Of a DNA stretch of 64,000 bases, positions 61,678 through 64,000 are shown one piece after another. Position numbers and translations under genes: made by a program. Under the pieces are notes generated by a model. It made no database searches, was not told the origin of the DNA, and saw nothing but the letters and a program-made list of their open reading frames with translations. How positions within the stretch are numbered: position 1 is the stretch's first letter; each line of letters begins with the position of its first letter. The stretch is from an uncultured Eggerthella sp. (lineage in GTDB: Bacteria > Actinomycetota > Coriobacteriia > Coriobacteriales > Eggerthellaceae): the NCBI GenBank assembly GCA_900538545.1, contig UPYK01000004.1, positions 30,098-94,097 of the forward strand, read 5' to 3'.

Positions 61678-62151
61678 ATGGCTTACCACTGCATCATCGT
61701 TCCCTTCGATGGATCCGATCACGCCCAAAGCGCGCTCAACGCGGCATGCGGGATTGCCAAAGGCCACGACACGCAGGTGCATGTGGTGAACGTGGTGCCC
61801 ATCAACATCTTCCCTGAAGTTGCCGCTTCCGATCCAGCAGCGGTCGTGAGCCCTTCCTACGTAACGCAGAAGACCTATTCGGAGCTTTTCGATGACACGC
61901 TCCTCGAGATCCACGCTGAAATGGTGAGCACCATCGGCGATGCGCTTTCTGAGCTCGATCCCAGCCAGGTTACTTACGAGGTGATCGCGCATCCTTCTGC
62001 CGTCGATGGCATCATCGACTATGCTTCCGATCATAGCTGCGATCTTATCGTGATGGGCAGGCGTGGCCTCGGGGCGATCCGCGGTCTGCTCGGCAGCGTG
62101 AGCTATGGCGTGATCCGCGCAACCACCACCCCAGTCCTTACCGTGAAATAA
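61678..62151 (+). CDS. universal stress protein (UspA family)
   Basis: ATP-binding motif GRRGLGAIRGLLGSVS and the Usp fold length. Confidence 0.85.
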   Translation: MAYHCIIVPFDGSDHAQSALNAACGIAKGHDTQVHVVNVVPINIFPEVAASDPAAVVSPSYVTQKTYSELFDDTLLEIHAEMVSTIGDALSELDPSQVTYEVIAHPSAVDGIIDYASDHSCDLIVMGRRGLGAIRGLLGSVSYGVIRATTTPVLTVK

Positions 62152-62158
62152 ATAGCGT

Positions 62159-63271
62159 TTAGCGGTTCGCTTTCAGGCGGGCGAAGAGATTGGTCGAATG
62201 CTGCTTCACGAAGGAGATGAAGCGGCTTTCCCACAGGGTAAGCGTTGCATTCTGCGCTCGATACGGCACGTAGAGCACCTTCATCATGAAGCTTCCCGGC
62301 ACCGCTTTTGCAAGCGCATCCTTCGCTTGTGGGGTCGAGATCATGCGGGCTATCTCGGCACGCTTCTCGCGCGCAGTAAGCGTGCAATTCTTATTGGTGA
62401 TATTCTCCACGCAGCCCACCAAGCGCTCAGCATAGCGACGCGCAAGAAATTCCTGGATAGCAGGGGAATCGATGCCCCATGCGGCGTAAAGCTCCTGCAG
62501 CCATCGATGCTCTTCTTCGCGCTTCTCATACATATCAGCACGGTAGCGCGTGTTCTCGCTTTCGGCGCGCGCACGCAAAAAATGGTAGAAATGCCCGTCT
62601 AGGGTGCCTACTCGTTCGATGTCGCGCACCACATCGAGATTGAACGGGAGATCGTCCCAGAACGTTTCAGGGAAACGAATGTTCTTCTCGTTCAAGTAAC
62701 TACGGCGGTAGAGCTTGTTCCAAGGTGCATAGAGCAATTGCGCATCGAAGAGTTCATGAGCGTGCTCTCGGAATTCCTCTTGCGAGGTAAAGATACGATC
62801 AGGAGCATTGCGCGCTTCACGGTAGAACTTCTCGGCGCTGTAATAGGTGTCGATGAAGAACCCGGTCACCAGCAGGTCAAGCTCGTTTTCGTGCGCAACA
62901 GCATGCATGCGCGCAAGCATATCCGGTTCGCACCAGTCATCGCCGTCCATGAAGTAAAGGAATTCTCCGCGCGCCACTTCGATGGCGGTATTGCGCGCCG
63001 CGGCAGCTCCGGCGTTGTTCTGATGGATGACCCGAATGCGACCGTCGGATAAGGCCAGCTTATCGGCAAGTTCGGCTGAACCATCGGTACTGCCGTCGTC
63101 CACCAGAAGTATCTCGAAATCGGAAAAGGTCTGAGCGGTAAGCGAGTCGACCGCACGTGCCAACCACGCAACAACGTTGTATACGGGAATGATGATGCTG
63201 ATAGCGACCTGTTCGCCGGTCAGAGCGCCTTGAGCTTCAGGAGAAAGATTCTGTTCGTGTGCTGTATTCAT
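62159..63271 (-). CDS. family-2 glycosyltransferase
   Basis: ISIIIPVYNVVAWLARAVDSLTAQT...LLVDDGSTDGS and a DGDD motif. Start at the ATG at 63271 with an AGGGAG RBS. Confidence 0.8.
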   Translation of the reverse strand: MNTAHEQNLSPEAQGALTGEQVAISIIIPVYNVVAWLARAVDSLTAQTFSDFEILLVDDGSTDGSAELADKLALSDGRIRVIHQNNAGAAAARNTAIEVARGEFLYFMDGDDWCEPDMLARMHAVAHENELDLLVTGFFIDTYYSAEKFYREARNAPDRIFTSQEEFREHAHELFDAQLLYAPWNKLYRRSYLNEKNIRFPETFWDDLPFNLDVVRDIERVGTLDGHFYHFLRARAESENTRYRADMYEKREEEHRWLQELYAAWGIDSPAIQEFLARRYAERLVGCVENITNKNCTLTAREKRAEIARMISTPQAKDALAKAVPGSFMMKVLYVPYRAQNATLTLWESRFISFVKQHSTNLFARLKANR

Positions 63272-63457
63272 AAACTCCCTGCGCGCCCGTATGCTGTTGT
63301 TCACACCTGTTTTCAGCACGGAGTCCGCGAAGATTCATTATAGCAGGATGGCTTATCTGTCGAAGATTTATAATAGTTGGTTGCGGATCGTGTCTTTTTT
63401 AAGCGCTGAATTCGCGCCCTCGACTATCGATACGCGAACAAGGAGCGTTTCTCCAAC

Positions 63458-64000
63458 TTGAATTGGATCGAATGCATCATTCTCTTTGCGGTTGCGCTCG
63501 GCGTTACCATTGTGCTCACGCCTCTTGCGCGCCGGCTTGCTATTGCGCTCGATGCGATCGACTATCCTAGCGCGCGCCGTGTGAACATGCAGCCCATCCC
63601 CCGTATGGGCGGTGTTGCGATCTTCGGCGGCATGGTTGCTGCTCTTGCGCTCGCACTGGTAGGTGCGCACTTTTGGGGGTGGACCACACCTCTGCAAGGA
63701 GGGCTCGGCAACAAGGTCAACTGGATCGGCGTTGCGGTTGGCGTCCTCATCATGTTCGGCGTGGGTATCGTCGACGATATCTACAATCTAAGGCCGAAGA
63801 CCAAGCTGCTCGGCCAGATCGTTGCCGCTTGCGTCGTAGCTTTTTCGGGATTGCTCTTCTCGAGCATCCACAACTTCATCAACGACGGCTATTTTGAATT
63901 TGGCTGGCTATCGTATCCCCTTACGGTCTTCTACCTGGTGGCCTTCGCGAACATCATCAACCTTATTGATGGCCTTGATGGACTTGCGGCGGGCATTACC
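63458..64000 (+). CDS. undecaprenyl-phosphate GlcNAc-1-phosphate transferase (WecA/TagO, MraY family), 5' partial
   Basis: TTG start with an AAGGAGCG RBS. MraY/WecA motifs IDDIYNL and NLIDGLDGLAAG. The ORF runs off the window end. Confidence 0.75.
   Translation, partial: MNWIECIILFAVALGVTIVLTPLARRLAIALDAIDYPSARRVNMQPIPRMGGVAIFGGMVAALALALVGAHFWGWTTPLQGGLGNKVNWIGVAVGVLIMFGVGIVDDIYNLRPKTKLLGQIVAACVVAFSGLLFSSIHNFINDGYFEFGWLSYPLTVFYLVAFANIINLIDGLDGLAAGIT

Overview
This 64 kb bacterial window has two compositionally distinct parts. Positions ~1-31.7 kb are visibly AT-richer and carry a single ~31 kb run of minus-strand glycan-biosynthesis genes, headed at its 5' end (31125..31643) by a NusG-paralog (UpxY/LoaP-like) antiterminator behind a long leader. 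This locus encodes:
- dTDP-sugar enzymes (RmlA, RmlB and a DegT aminotransferase);
- a NeuB/NeuC/NeuD-like nonulosonic-acid module with a CBS-domain nucleotidyltransferase;
- RfbF (CDP-glucose) next to a TPP-dependent acetolactate-synthase-like enzyme;
- three ATP-grasp ligases, two of them flanking an ornithine-cyclodeaminase/mu-crystallin family enzyme beside the initiating phosphoglycosyl transferase;
- two PST flippase-like proteins and two or three polymerase/GT-C-like membrane proteins;
- a GtrB-like polyprenyl-phosphate glycosyltransferase;
- a Wzz/CpsC-like copolymerase with a degenerate kinase-like tail.

Positions ~32-64 kb are GC-rich housekeeping DNA, probably Actinobacteria/Coriobacteriia-like. 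Genes here are an SNF-type Na+ symporter, truA with a long low-complexity tail, dnaE, cysS, cysE, ispF, ispD, clpC, lysS, greA, tatA, tRNA-Pro(CGG), an NlpC/P60 peptidase, nhaA, hpf, an amino-acid ABC transporter, a GNAT, an MFS, a DUF997-like gene plus a Na+/solute symporter, VanZ, UspA, a GT2 and the 5' end of a wecA/tagO-like gene.

No transposase, integrase or CRISPR array is visible. Non-coding features of note are a hairpin-dense segment with a duplicated tRNA-Pro 3' end, several rho-independent terminators, long leaders ahead of cysE and the NlpC/P60 gene, and palindromic candidate operators. Coordinates include stop codons. Functions are inferred from motifs and family resemblance read directly from the translations, without database searches.
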